Below are positions 26,160 through 39,478 of a stretch of DNA of 64,000 bases, in pieces. Made by a program: the position numbers and the translations under genes. The first letter of the stretch is position 1; each line of letters starts with the position of its first letter. This DNA comes from the human T2T-CHM13v2.0 reference genome, Homo sapiens: NCBI RefSeq assembly GCF_009914755.1, contig NC_060932.1; one strand, written 5' to 3'. The notes below the pieces were generated by a model, which ran no database searches, was not told where the DNA came from, and worked only from the letters and a program-made list of their open reading frames with translations.

Positions 26160-26665
26160 CTCCCTCCACGGCCTACTCTGGGTGTCCTGGCCTTTACCTC
26201 CATCTCCAGCCTCATTCACAGCATCCGCTATTTCTCTCCCCATGCTCACGCCACTCTGGCCTCTCTCCTGTTTCTTGCGTAGGCCACGCTCTATCCCACC
26301 TCACGGCCTCTGCACCTGCTGTTTTCTCTGCCTAGAATGTTCTTTCCTCTGTTCTTCACAAGGCTTGAGTTGCTATTGTCTCAGGTGTCAGCCTAGAAAT
26401 CACCTTCTAATCCCCAGAAAGGCCACCCCTGGCTACCCAGTTTAAAGTTGCCTGCCTACCCCTGCCCACACCCTCTAGATTCCACCAGTCTGTTGATTTC
26501 CTCCATTCTAGCTCTTACTTCTGAAATAATCTAGCTTTTTAAAAAGCATTTCTGTCTTGAGCACTGCAATATTTCTTCTTTTTTTTCCTCTCTTGGGTAA
26601 CACTTGAGGAAGAACACAGTTATATTTAAATGTCTAGCTCATAGTATTTGCTCAATAAATATTTG
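26160..26665 (+). mobile_element. L2 3' region
   Basis: ggcctctgcacctgctgttttctctgcctagaatgttct...catagtatttgctcaataaatatttg. Confidence 0.65.
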
Positions 26666-26679
26666 CACAACAGGATACT

Positions 26680-27237
26680 TAATATGTGATCTATATACAC
26701 AGTGGAATACTGTTCAGCCTTAAAAAAGAAGAAAATTCTGTCATTGGCAGCACCATAAATGAACCTGGAAGACATTATGCTAAGTGAAATAAGCCAGGCA
26801 CAGAAAGACATACACTGCATCATCTCACTTACATGTGGAATCTAAAAAAGTTAAATTCATAGAAGTAGAGAGTAGAATGGTGGTTACCAGAGGCTGGGTG
26901 AGGGGAGTGGAGGATGGGAGAATGGGGAGATGTTGTCCAAAGGGTGCAAAGTTTCAGTTAGAGAGAAGGAATAAGTTTTAGGGATCGATTGCACAGTATG
27001 GCTAATAGTTAATGATAATGTATCATATATTTAAAAATTGCTAAAAGAGACTTTAAATGTTCTCACCACAAAAAAAAAAATGATAAATATGTGAGGTGAT
27101 GGATATGTTCATTAGTTATATTTAATTTTGCACAATGTAAACATATATCATATTGTATCCCATTATATAACATCACATTATATCCCATAAATATAAATAA
27201 TTATTATTTGTCAATTAAAAATAAAATAAAATTTTTA
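26680..27237 (+). mobile_element. L1MA-type 3' end
   Basis: tggaatactgttcagcctt...gacattatgctaagtgaaataagccaggcacagaaagac...tgtcaattaaaaataaaataaaa. Confidence 0.85.
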
Positions 27238-27254
27238 AAGATGCACAACAAATA

Positions 27255-27680
27255 GTGTTGACAATGGAGCAGGTAAACAATACTCTTGATTTGATGCTGA
27301 TGAGAGTATCAATTAATTTAGATTTTCTGCAGGAATGTTTTGCAATATGAATCAAAAAATAAAATGTACAATTTGAGTCCTAGAATTCCACTCCTAGGAG
27401 TTATCCTAAGGAACTAATCAGATAAATGCTCAATATTTATGTACAAGGATATCCATTGCAATATTGTTTATAATAGTAGGAAAAAACCCTAAACAAAAAT
27501 ATCTGTCAACAAAGAACTGGTTATTTTATGGGCATGTGTGTGCACACACACACAGAAATCCTAAGTAGCTATTAAATTAAAATAATGTAATTCTGTATTT
27601 CTTGACATGGACACATACCCATAACATAGATTGTTAAATGACAGAAGCAGATTTCCAAACAGGATATATAATATTTTTTT
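27255..27680 (+). mobile_element. Old L1ME-like fragment
   Basis: aattccactcctaggagttatcctaagg...aaggatatccattgcaatattgtttataatag. Confidence 0.5.
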
Positions 27681-27704
27681 AAGTTTGGAAAGTAATTGTA
27701 ATTA

Positions 27705-28033
<329 letters not shown>

Positions 28034-29384
28034 TTATAACAAACAATTTTACTATTTCTAGATGGTAGGAGTTCAGGTGATTGGGGCAAATAGAAGCATT
28101 CCACTAATAATAGTCACAAAATTACTTCTAGAACACTGTTTTAATGTCAATATGTAAATATTTAAAAGAACGACATATATAAAGTATTTGAAAAATTCAA
28201 ATATTTGAAAAAAGTTATCACTCTGCATTTATATTATTTAATCCAAATTTACAAGAGTATTCATTTTTGATTTTTCTCTTTTCTATTATTTTCTGTCACT
28301 TTCATTTTTTTCAAGATGATCCATATCTATTCAACAGCAAAAACATAATTAGCTCTTTCATGGGGACTGCTCCCTGGAAAAACCAGACAGCAATCCCTGT
28401 GGCCATGAAGTCAAAACTGCCTTAAATACTTTACAAATCTACTGTTTAAATGTCTAACAGCATATCTGCAGCTTGCAAAGAAACAATGGAATTACCTCCT
28501 TAGAAAATAACTCATCATGCATCTTTCAGCCATGTGGACAGTGAAATCTATAAAAAAGAAATAACTACTGCAACCAAATGCAAAAATAGGTATCAATGTC
28601 CAATCACTTATTTTCCTCCTACCTTGGGAGTTATCTTAGCTCATGGGCAGCCAGTTCACAGTCCCATGTGTCTTCAAAACTGGCAAGAATGGCTGCTTAC
28701 CGGGAAAAGACCATCACCCATTCACATAAGCCCTCATCCTCACCCCTTAATACGACTTCACTCACAAACTCCTAGTGTATAATAGAAATCTAAAAATAAC
28801 ATTGCTTTTTGGAATTTAAAGACTCAAAGTTGAAAATTTCCCAGGCTTCACTCCAGCAATATTGAAAATGCAGATTTTTTTTCTACACCAACAGAAGCTT
28901 GGGGAATTGGGACCAAAGGCAATGAGGTTCAGGGATCCATCTGCTCTGTGCTATCCTGGGGAGAAGCAGTTACTGCTATTTTGGAATTCTCAGAATGCTT
29001 AGTAAGAGTCTTATAAAAGAACGCAATGAACACTAACATAACATCAGTGTAGGATCCAGGAACCAGGAACCACAAACCAAGCAGAATGGCCTGGGAGAGT
29101 CTTGAACACACCTGTGGCAATCCTTGCAAATAAAAATGTATCAACTCATAAAAATGGTTTTTAACCAGTATCCTTTTTCTTGGTATTGGTTCACTGATCA
29201 TATACAATAGCAAATTAAGGCTTTAATGTCATTGTTTTCCCCTTCATCATTTACATAACCAACGAAAATTCTCTTAGCCTTTTCGATGTTTAAAGCACTA
29301 TGCTAGGGTTTTGCCTCAAAGCATCTTGTCTCAGGCAGCTTACAGTCCGAAGGGGAGAAAAATGTATAGAAGTTATGCAATAAG

Positions 29385-30150
29385 GTTTAAAAAATGAAAT
29401 AAAAGGCATACATATTAGAAAGGAAGAAGTAAACCTTTATTAGCAGGTTACATAATTATATATCTAGCAAATCTGAAGAAATCTATCTATAAACAACTAC
29501 AAGAATATGTGAAGTAAGGAGAGAAACAAAATAGAGTTAGTATACCAAAACAAATTGTATTTCTATATACTAGCAATCAGCAATCAGAAAACGAAATTTT
29601 AAAACAATAAATACCATTTACAATGGCATAAAAAATCAAATACATAGGAATACATTTAACAGAAGATATGCAAGACCCCTACATTGAAAACATTGCTGAG
29701 ATAATGAAAGAAGACCTACATAAATGGCAAGATATACAATGAACATGGATGAAGATAGCAATTCTCACAAACTGACCTATGGATTCAACACAGTCCCAGT
29801 CAAAACCCCAGCAGGTATTGTTTTGTAGAAATTGACAAGCTTATTCTGAAAATTATGTGGAAATTTAAAGGATCTGAAATAGCCAAGACAACTCTGAAAA
29901 AAGAAAAATAAAGTTGGAGGACTTAAACGGCCAGACTTCAAGACCTACTATAAAACTATAGTTGTTAAGACAATGGGCAAAAAACTTGAATAGGCACTTT
30001 ATAAGAGCAGATATCCAAATAGAAATTAAACATATGAAAAGGCGCTCAATATTGTTATTCATCATGGAATTAAAACAACATGCCTCATTAAAATCACAAT
30101 GAAATACCACTACACATATCATAGAATGAAAAAGATGCATACATCAAATG
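29385..30150 (+). mobile_element. Old L1M ORF2 remnant with internal deletion
   Basis: aaataaaaggcatacatattagaaaggaagaagtaaa...gaagacctacataaatgg...agaaattgacaagc; no open frame. Confidence 0.75.
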
Positions 30151-30589
30151 ATGGTGAGGAATTTCCAGCTGGGGTGGATGGGAGGGGCAGCACTCAGCAA
30201 GAGAATCACATTTAAAACGACCCTTAAAAGAGGGGAAAGATTCGGCTGTAGGGAGAAAGGGAAATTAAATCAGATTTGTCAAGAGAAATATATCAGGTTT
30301 AACCACATGAAATTTCTGATAGTCAACCATTTTTCAACCTTCCAAAAATGACAGTATCATCTGGCTAAGTTTAACACAAAGACAACAACAGAGTTTGTGA
30401 AGGGCAGCTCTTTGGGCCCTCCGCTACTTAGAGAAAAGAAGAAAAGCCAGAGAGAGAGCAGACAGATGGAAGAAAGCAAAATAATAATAATAATAATAAT
30501 ACATTTAATAGGCTTTATGCACTTTGGGAAATGTAGTGCCTTAATTAAAAATCATCTAATTAAACACTCTTGCCCAAGGAGCTGACAAT

Positions 30590-31430
30590 TTACATAAGCT
30601 ATACAAAGCCAAAATACATACAAAAAGTTTTCAGTATCACAATCATCAGAGAAACAAGCATTAACCATGGGACACCATTCGAAAGATTTTTCTAAATAAT
30701 TGTATATTTTTCTGGCAAGGGTTAGAAAAACACTCTCACACATTTTTTTCATAAGTGTAAATTCATACAGACTTTCTGGAGAACAACTTATCTGTATGTG
30801 TAAAATTCTTAACATTTTCTATATCTTGTGACTCAGTAATATCACTTCTAGGAATTTATCCTAGGAATGTATCATGTACATAATAAAAAGTGCACATAAA
30901 TATGTATGTAGAAAGATATTTTCCACAACTTTATTTATAATATAAAAGATATTAAAATAACCTAAATGTCCAATAATAGGGAAATTTAGAATATTGCAAA
31001 GTTATTTTTTAAATCACCCTTTTATAGCTGGGCATGGTGGCACACGCCCATAATCCCGGCTACTCAGGAGGCTGAGGAAGGAGAATTGCTTGAAGCCGGG
31101 AGGCAGAGGTTGCAGTGAGCCAAGATCGCGTCACTGCATTGCAGCCTGGGCAACACAGTGAGACCCCGATTCAAAAAAATAAAATAAAATATCACCCTTT
31201 TATAAGAATATTTCATGACATATAATTATATAAAAGAAAGCTCACAATAAATCTCGTCTTTAAAATGACATTTGGAAGTTGTCCTGTTTTTGATGATGAG
31301 AATATAGAGATAGAGAGATATACCTATATACCTATATATAGATGTAACATGATCGGAAAGAAATTATATGAAATGGCAGAATTACAGTAAAAATATTTTA
31401 TGCTTTTTTTTTTTACTATAGCATGGATTA
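30590..31430 (+). mobile_element. Old L1ME-like 3' region split by an Alu arm
   Basis: cacttctaggaatttatcctagg...aacctaaatgtccaataataggg. Confidence 0.5.
31027..31190 (+). mobile_element. 5'-truncated Alu (right arm)
   Basis: gctgggcatggtggcacacgccc...; TSD atcacccttttata on both sides. Confidence 0.9.
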
Positions 31431-31558
31431 CCTAAAATTTAAAACAAAACAAAATATATATTATTTTTAAAGCTACTTGTCTCAAATTGTCAAGCAGCAT
31501 ACAAAGCAGTCCACAGGGTATCACATGGGCTGCTGGCACATCTCCTAAAAGGAGTGTA

Positions 31559-32105
31559 CAAAGATGGGTTTGCCATAAAGCTTCAGGAGCTTAAGCTTCA
31601 GGACCCTTTCTGAGGGCACACAAGCCCCTTTGAAAGCCCTAGGCAGGGTCCTAATGCTGTACCTTCATGGTGATTTTTTAAAATGTTTGCATTAATAAGG
31701 TATTTCAACAGCGACTGGTTGAAATTGCTGTCTCTTTTCACCACAGGTTCTCCTTTGTTCTCACATAAGGTAGCCAGAGTTGCACTAGATGTTTTTGGAA
31801 TCTGGCAGTTGAATTGGAACACCTCGAGTTAGAGGTTTTGCAGGACACCATTAATGAGTTTTGTGATCATTTCTATGTGTAGTTAAGTGATTGCTGTCTG
31901 TCCCATGGTATATAGGACTTTCAGGAACGTTCCTACCACCCACTGTGCTGATTCACCCAGTGACATTTACTGACGGTACAAGGCGAGAAGACATGAACAA
32001 GTCCTCAGGTGTCTAGCACTGAAGTGGCAAAGGAGAAACAAGGTTTGAAATGTACAGAGCCAGAAGCTAGTCTATGGGAAAAAATCACCCAATCATCAGA
32101 TGTGG
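31559..32105 (+). mobile_element. hAT-Tip100 element fragment (Zaphod/MER115-like)
   Basis: aagcttcaggaccc...ggagaaacaaggtttgaaatgtacagagccagaagctagtct, recalled from the consensus. Confidence 0.55.
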
Positions 32106-32106
32106 T

Positions 32107-32187
32107 ACAGAAGGTCCAGCTTTCATCAACATCTGCTCTCATTTTTTCAGGATTTGATGGGACAAGTGGTACAAAGGCAGAGGGTTG
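32107..32187 (+). repeat. About 80-bp dispersed repeat, copy 1 (partner 33227-33309)
   Basis: ctctcatttt(t/c)tcagga(t/c)ttgatgggacaa..gtggtac(a/c)aaggcagagg shared; about 80% identity. Confidence 0.85.
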
Positions 32188-32685
32188 GTTAAGCTATCAA
32201 GTGGACTAAGAAGGGGAAAATGGCACCAGAAGTACAGTCTGGTATCTGTGGGTTGCTTCTCTAATAGCAATCCACCCTCTGGGCAAACTCGCATTCTATT
32301 CTATAAAGTTCTCCCAGTCTTTATCTCAGAAGTTCCTGACATTGGTGTGACAGCTGATTCTGAACCCCTAGGAGACTGACCTAGCTTCCTGTTGGCCATA
32401 TTCTCTTCAAGATCTTAATTTTTGTGCCCCAAACCCAGACTGATGACCTGTATACTTTTTGACTGGTTTTTGAGTCTCAGAAATTAGATTTATGGCCATC
32501 AACCCTGACTGCACTTGATCAGCAGCTCTCACGTCGGTTCCACAGGAAATCCTCCACCTCTTCCTGTGGGCATATTTACTTCCACACAATATTATTACTG
32601 ATGTGTATACAGGTTTACATCTACTTTCTTCTATAAAGAACTTGAAGATGCTTGTAAAATATATGCAATAAACTAGAACAGTGGT

Positions 32686-32779
32686 TTTTTAATCAATTTA
32701 GGGTATATCAATTATGATTCCATTCAGCTGTGACTTTTTAATCAATTTTGGGTGGGGCCATTATGATTCCATTCAGCTG
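32686..32779 (+). repeat. 49-bp period tandem duplication
   Basis: tttttaatcaattt...attatgattccattcagctg twice. Confidence 0.9.
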
Positions 32780-32789
32780 GGAACTTTGT

Positions 32790-33092
32790 TGTACTGCTCC
32801 ATCATTTCTTCTCATGTATGGCTTCTTTTCCATAAGGTGATAACGTGGCTGCTACACCTCCATGCATCACAGCTGCATCCCAGGCAAAAGGAAGGAGGAA
32901 GGGGAAAAGACAACATCACAGACTTCTGCTTACTTTATATTGGTCAGAACTGTGTCCCCTGGCCAGTTAGCTGTAAGACACACTGAGAAACTGAATATTT
33001 AACGGGGCCTATTGCTCTGAAAAAACTCAGATTTCTCTTAGTAAGAAAGAAAGAGAACATATAACAAGTAGACAACTCACAGCAAGTGCCAC
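32790..33092 (-). mobile_element. Old MLT1 LTR fragment
   Basis: cagacttctgcttactttatattggtcagaactgtgtcccctggcc. Confidence 0.5.
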
Positions 33093-33226
33093 ACCAAGAA
33101 AAGTCTAAACCTCATAGATGTTACCAAAAGGAAATTTTTCCCTATGTGTCCATGAATATTTATGGAAACATAACTATAAAACTATAGGATTACATTTACA
33201 TAATACTATAGGATCATAGTAATGTA

Positions 33227-33309
33227 ACAGGAGGTTCAGCTCTCATTGAAATCTTCTCTCATTTTCTCAGGACTTGATGGGACAATAGTGGTACCAAGGC
33301 AGAGGATTG
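33227..33309 (+). repeat. About 80-bp dispersed repeat, copy 2
   Basis: Matches 32107-32187; flanked by repeated taatactata. Confidence 0.85.
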
Positions 33310-33544
33310 TCTAATACTATAATATTATACAATGTGTGCTTGTATAATACTATAGAATTATGTAGGTCTGATAAATTAGAATAATCTGGATAATTATTTA
33401 TTGCATCTCTTAGGGTTTTCTTTTTCTCCTTTATAGTTCTCCCTTCTGAGGTTCCTTCTTATTTAAATCAATAGGAGAATCTTAATAATAAACTTAAGAG
33501 ACATTGGCAAGATGAATCAAGACTCATGAAAATGTTTCCACGTT

Positions 33545-33845
33545 GGCTAGGTGCGGTAGCTCATGCCTGTAATCCCAGCATTTTGGGAGGCCAAGGCAGA
33601 TGGATTACAAGGTCAGGAGTTCAAGACCAGCCTGGCCAAGATGGTGAAACTTTGTCTCTAAAATATACAAAAAAATTAGCCAAGCACGGGGGTGAGCACC
33701 TGTAATCCCAGCTACCCAGGAGGCTGAGGCAGAGAATTGCTTGAACCAGGGAGGCAGAGGTTGCAGTAAGCCGAGATTCCACCGTGGCACTCCAGCCTGG
33801 GTGACAGAGCGAGATTCTGTCTCAAAAAAAAAAACAAACAAAAAA
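33545..33845 (+). mobile_element. AluS, full length
   Basis: Both arms and A tail. Confidence 0.95.
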
Positions 33846-34598
33846 CTGGAAACAAAATAAATGTCCCCAAAGAGAATATCAAATAAATTATGGTCATTCT
33901 AATCTATGAAATAGTATGTAAAAAATAAAACTATTATGAAATATTATAAAGGAATATAAAACTTGTGTATGCTATCATTAAAATTCTAAAAATACATATA
34001 AATAGTATAAAGACCAAAAAGGAATAAAAAAATAACATGTTTATTATAAAACATGAAACGTGTTTATTAAGAAAATGTGTTATGAAGATTTTCCCTCTTT
34101 CTTTTCTCAACTTTTGAAATGTTTTTAAAATGTTTGTAAAATAGTCTGCTAAGAGAACACAGGTGACTTATTGTTAGTAACCAAGTCAAGCTAATGAGTG
34201 ACACACACAGGCTTGCGGAGAAGAAAAATCAGTCTCATTCTCCCTGGGCAGATGCTGAACCACCTGCCTGTACCGGTTATAACAGAAAGCCTCCCTAAAA
34301 ATAAAGCCAAGAGGTTGGGAACATAGAAATGGAATAAGATTTTAGCAGCTACATAAGATTTGCCACATCTCAAGGCCATTAAACTCAATCATGGGAGTGA
34401 AAAAGTCAACTCTATTTTCCACAGTTTATATGTGAGAAATAGAAGCTCAAAATGACTCTCCAGAGAGAATGCATCCTCTCACAGCAAAGAGGATCTAGGG
34501 AACCAACACAAAATAATACTTGTATTCACCTAAGAGGCTTCTGGATTGAATAAATCCTCTCTGGCTGCATCTTTAACCATGTACCCAAATGCTGGTGA

Positions 34599-34677
34599 AC
34601 AGGTAACTATAATTACCTAAATAATTACAGGTAGCTATAATTACATAAATAATTACAGGTAAGTATAATTACCTAAA
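34599..34677. repeat. 28-bp unit x about 2.8 minisatellite
   Basis: acaggtaactataattacctaaataatt repeated. Confidence 0.9.
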
Positions 34678-35689
34678 GCAAATAGCACGCCTTCCTTCTG
34701 AAATGACACACACTTGAAGTTGTTTTTCTAATGGTGATGGTAGACTTATACAATTGCCTACACTTGTGACCCTGCTGGCCCTGTGGCCCACCCGTGACTC
34801 ACACCTGCACAGTGACCTGTGGCCTAGGATTGAGAATTCTGCTTGAGGCCAGAATGAAGCAATGCTATATCATCTTCCCCATTCACGCCCCTTCCCTTAC
34901 AGGCCCTTCCTGAAATCATGTAGTCTCTCTTCATCAACAGCTAGTCACATAACTCCCCAAATTAAGTAATGTTCTCTATTCTTTCCCTGTCTCTCCTTTG
35001 CAGAGGCTGGTGGAGGGGGTGGGGTGGAATTGCTAGTATGAGCCTCCTGGGATGCCTTAGCACTACTTGGGTGAAAGGTTCATTCCAACAAAACTCATAC
35101 CAGATTGAAAGGATCATTTCCCCACTGCCTGGAGAAGAACTGACTGTGATGATCACCCCATCCTATGGTTCCTCCACAGGGTTCAAAATACGGAGGCCGC
35201 ATTGTGTCCATGGATGGGAGCATGGAAAGAAACCTTTAAAAGCTGGACCAAGAAAGGAAAGAAGACAGAAAAGTAGGAAGAAATCCTGATACTGGTGGTA
35301 CCAAATGCCTCTGAAATTGTTTCGAAAGTAAAAGTTAAGAGGGAACTAATAAAAAGTCTGTAAAAATGAGATAAATTAAAAGAAAGATATGATAGAGAGA
35401 GAGAAATAATATCCCTTAACAGTCTGTCAGCAAAATTTAAATTATACTTTAGGCAAGTGTTAGAATGCCTGCCCGTCCTATCCCTTCCCCTTCTCATGAA
35501 ATCTGGACTGCCCACAAACTTAGTAGACAGCAGGCCTCATACCCCCATTCCCTTTAGCGACTACTGATTGGGCCAAGGACAGACAGCAGACTGGAAGGGG
35601 CCCTACACCTTGGTGGGCCAGATATCAGTTGAATTCACTGTCTCTGGAATTTGACCTCTTACCTGACTGGCTGCTGCTCCTCGGTTCTC

Positions 35690-36819
35690 TTTGGTGGCTC
35701 TCCTCCTCATCTCCACCTCTAGATATCGGGGTACCCCAGAGATTAGCTCCAGGCCTCCTCTGCTCTATACACATTCTCTCTCTGGGTGATTCTAGCTACA
35801 CCTCTGGCAAAATTTAGCTAATCTCCAGTCCTGACCTCTCCCCTGCTCCAGATTCAAATATCCAAGTAGCTGCTTGACAGATTCATTTGGAGACCAGGTA
35901 GGCACCTCAAAACTTAACGTGTCCAAAACATGAATTTATTTTCTCTCCTCCCTCACCCCCATCCTGACCCTTTCCCTGTCTTCCCTCATGTCTACAAATG
36001 GCCACCCCATGCAACCAGTTGCTCTGGCAAAACTTAGTCATCAACCTCAATTTATCTCTTCTTTTTATCACACCATGCCCAACTCACCTACAAATCCTGC
36101 AATATCCCTACACAGCCCCTTCTCGCCAGCTCCACTGCCACCACCCTAATCCCAGCTGCCATCACCTCTCAAGGGGATTACTGTAATAGTCAGCTACCTG
36201 GTCTCTTTGTTCCTACTCTTGCCCCTCTACATTCTATTTTTCACACAGCCACCACAGTGATCTTTTAAAAATGTGAATCATGATCAAATGTAACTCCTCA
36301 ACTTAAGACCCTTCCAATCAATGGCTTTTTATTTCGCTTAGAAAAAAAGTCCAAATGTCTAACCATATTACAAGTCCCTTTGTGAGATGTCCCTACCTCT
36401 TGCCTCTCAGACCTCAAATCCCACTACTCACCCCTAATTCATTATGCTCCAGCCACTGTGACTTCTTGCTAATCTTTCAAAGCACCACCTTCACTCCTCA
36501 CACACAACCTTGACTCATGCTGGCCTCTTTGCCTGGAATTGTCTTCCCCAGATCTTCGCATTGCAGGCTCTGCCCATGATTCAAGTCTATTCAAATGCTC
36601 CTTCGACCACTTTCTTTAAAGCAGCATGACATTCCCCCATCCAATTACCTTATTACCTTATTTTATTTTGCATTCACTCATCAGTATCTGAAAGTGCACT
36701 GTTTATTGATTGGTTTGCTTTTTATCTGATTATTGCCTGAATCTTCCACAGGAGACCAGGGCTTAAAACAGTGCCTGGAGCACTGTAGGCGCTTATTAAT
36801 ACTTGGTAAATGAAGGAAT
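35690..36819 (+). mobile_element. L2a-like 3' region, about 1.1 kb
   Basis: cacctcaaaacttaacgtgtccaaa...cacacagccaccacagtgatcttttaaaaatgtgaatc...acagtgcctggagcactgtaggcgctt. Confidence 0.8.
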
Positions 36820-38842
36820 ATGAGTCTTAGCATCTACAGGCAGTCAGTGGTGAGTTGTAGACTGCAGAGATCAGAAACATGCTCGAACCTAGTGGAAGAA
36901 GCTGGCTGAGAAGATACAGAGAAGCCAGAAAACTCCTGCCACTGGAGACCACCGCTTCATTTCTAGTCATTTCCTGCTGCAGTACCCATGAAGGCTGGCT
37001 GCATTGCAATATCTGTGTTTGGGAGTTCGCTGTGTCCTTTCCATGAAACCCCCTTTATCTCAGCTAGCTTCAGTGAGCTTTAGCTTTGTGCACACAAACA
37101 GCACTGAGTACCAACTTAGACCAGACACTGCAGAGCTACCAGCCGGCCTTGTTATTTGTTTCTTTTCTAACCCCAAACTAGCAAACGCATCCTGGCTATG
37201 TGAGCTGGACCAAAAAGGACACTCTGCACAACCACCGTATTTTCCCCGTTTTCTAGGGAGAGAAACTGAGACCCACAGTTGTGTGTGTCTTTCTCATGAC
37301 ATCTGCTAGCACCTGGCAAAGTCAGAATTTGCAAATAGGAAGGATGAGCACCTCCTGTCATGGAACATGATCTCTATACATGGAATCCACTCTTTTGGAA
37401 GGCACATGGCAGCCTTTGCTGTCTATAAAGGAGGAAATATAAACGACTCTGTTGCCCATAACCCAGTTTTTATTAACTACGGCTTTAAAGTGTCAATGTG
37501 CATTTCTTTAAGAGGTTATGGGCATAGCAACAAGGAGCCCTATGTATAGCAACAACTGCTGTCATTTTAACAGTCCTTTTCTCACGCACCTCCCACAGCT
37601 AATCACTTGACAGCTTTAAATGAATATGAACTGCAATGCATAATTAATAAATTCAATTATTTTCTCTTTGCACATCTGAACACATAAAGCAATCTGCCAA
37701 CATTTAAGGAAGTCCCATCATGCTACAAAGCGTAAAGTCATATTTCAGGAAGTGAGAAATTAAGACACAAGGATAATGGCAAATTTGCCCAAATATTATA
37801 AAGCACATCCAGCAAAGTGCCACAGCAACGAGGCAGAACTACTGATTCTTCTGCCTCCAATTATTCAGGCCTTGTCAAATAACAGGGAAGACGTGATTGC
37901 AAACACACAGCCATTTCACTGCACTTCTCAAGCCTTTTTAATAAAAATAGATCCCTGCTGCCACTTACCTTCTTAAAAAAAAATCCGCCCAAGGAAATAT
38001 AATTCAGTTATCTTCCAATGACTTCATATGAAAGGTTAATGGCACAGTGTGCTGTTGGCAGCCAGCGGTGTTTGCTATTTCGACTTCTCACTTAAGAGTT
38101 CCATTATTCCGTACAACCCCAAGCAAATGCCTTTATTTAAACCACCTCCAACCAACCTTTATAGCTTAATGCTAGGTTCATCTTGACAGCTTCCTACAAG
38201 CATTCATTTCAAGACTGGCCTGCAGAATTACCCAAAAACAATATACCACGGCACACCACATTTTTTCAGATAGCACAAAGGGAGCGGGAGGCAGGCCAAG
38301 TATTTTACTGCAGATTTTAAGTGCTGGCTCCTGGGCAAACTATTGTTCTGTTCCTGTCAGAGCTGGTCATAGAACTTCAGGGGACCTCAACCCTATGGGA
38401 TTAACATATTCTTGTCAGGAGCTGGTTAGGGAGAAGGAATTTAACAGGTGTTCCCACTCATCAAAGAGAAAGCCTTAGGAGATTCATTTTACTCAGAAGG
38501 AAGGCTCTCAAACAAAAGTGTGGGCTCTGGGGAACCTCTGGGAACGCTAAATGTTCTATGAAAACTCTGCATGGTGGGCATGAGGGCTTGGGGCTCCCAT
38601 AAAAACTGTGATTGCAAGGAGACAGAAGGGCTGGCGTGTGTCATACCTAATCAATGGTTCTTGAATTATACAAGACCAGTGGGCTCTGAGGCTCCAGCTG
38701 GTCTGGGTCTCCAGCCCACTCATTTAATAGTGAGGCAAAGCCTCTTAGAGTGTGCAAAGGCCTGAGGGTTTGAGACATGGGAGAAGTTTTGATGCCAAAT
38801 AAGGTTTGAAGGAAACTTTTTGTTTGGTTGGTTGGGGTTTTT

Positions 38843-38992
38843 TCCCCCAAAGTGTGGTGTCCAGCCCATCTGCATCATAATCACCTGCAGCACTTTGTAA
38901 ATGTTCCGATTCATGGACCCCTCTTTTTACCTTCTGAATCTAAATCTCTGGGAGGTGGCTTTGTATAAGTTCCCCAAGTTCGAGAACTACTC
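38843..38992. mobile_element. MER5-like MITE
   Basis: cccaaagtgtggt...catcataatcacctg...ctgaatctaaatctctggg...gagaactact. Confidence 0.6.
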
Positions 38993-39414
38993 CCTTAAGA
39001 ACAGAAGCAATAAAAGGGTTCTTTTATGACCCTTTCTGTTGGTGGCTCTTCTCTTATTGTGAAAAACAAAAACGAAAAGAACAAAATATTCAAGCTTTTA
39101 ATAATGTTAGAAAACGTACTGTTTATCATAATGTCAAAAAATCACATGACCACAATATAACCAGCCTACAACTGGGTCTGCTTAGAATTCAAATATATTT
39201 ACACATTATTTTTGAGGTTAAACCTCTTTAATGAGTCATTTTGTTTTCACTGTCTCAACAAAGCCCTTTTCATATAGAAAATTGATCCTTAATGTCGTTG
39301 GTAACACACTGATGGAAATAAAAGTATGCTGTGGCACAAACGGGCCCTGGGCTTCAAAACAGTTTAGCTCATTTACGCCTATTTCTGATTTAAGTCAAGG
39401 AGAATTCAAATAAT

Positions 39415-39449
<35 letters not shown>

Positions 39450-39466
39450 CCAAAAAAAACTGGCTT

Positions 39467-39478
39467 TGCGCATGCGCA
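39467..39478. promoter_or_regulatory. Perfect NRF1 consensus site TGCGCATGCGCA
   Basis: Exact 12-bp palindrome matching YGCGCAYGCGCR in unique sequence; binding not demonstrated. Confidence 0.55.

Noticed and set aside
32686-34677. Short repeats with spacers, superficially CRISPR-like
   Set aside because: Only 2-3 units, no unique spacers, no cas genes, human context
37447-37540. Pre-miRNA candidate hairpin
   Set aside because: Stem of about 11 bp with a 50-nt poorly paired loop; matches no miRNA I recognise
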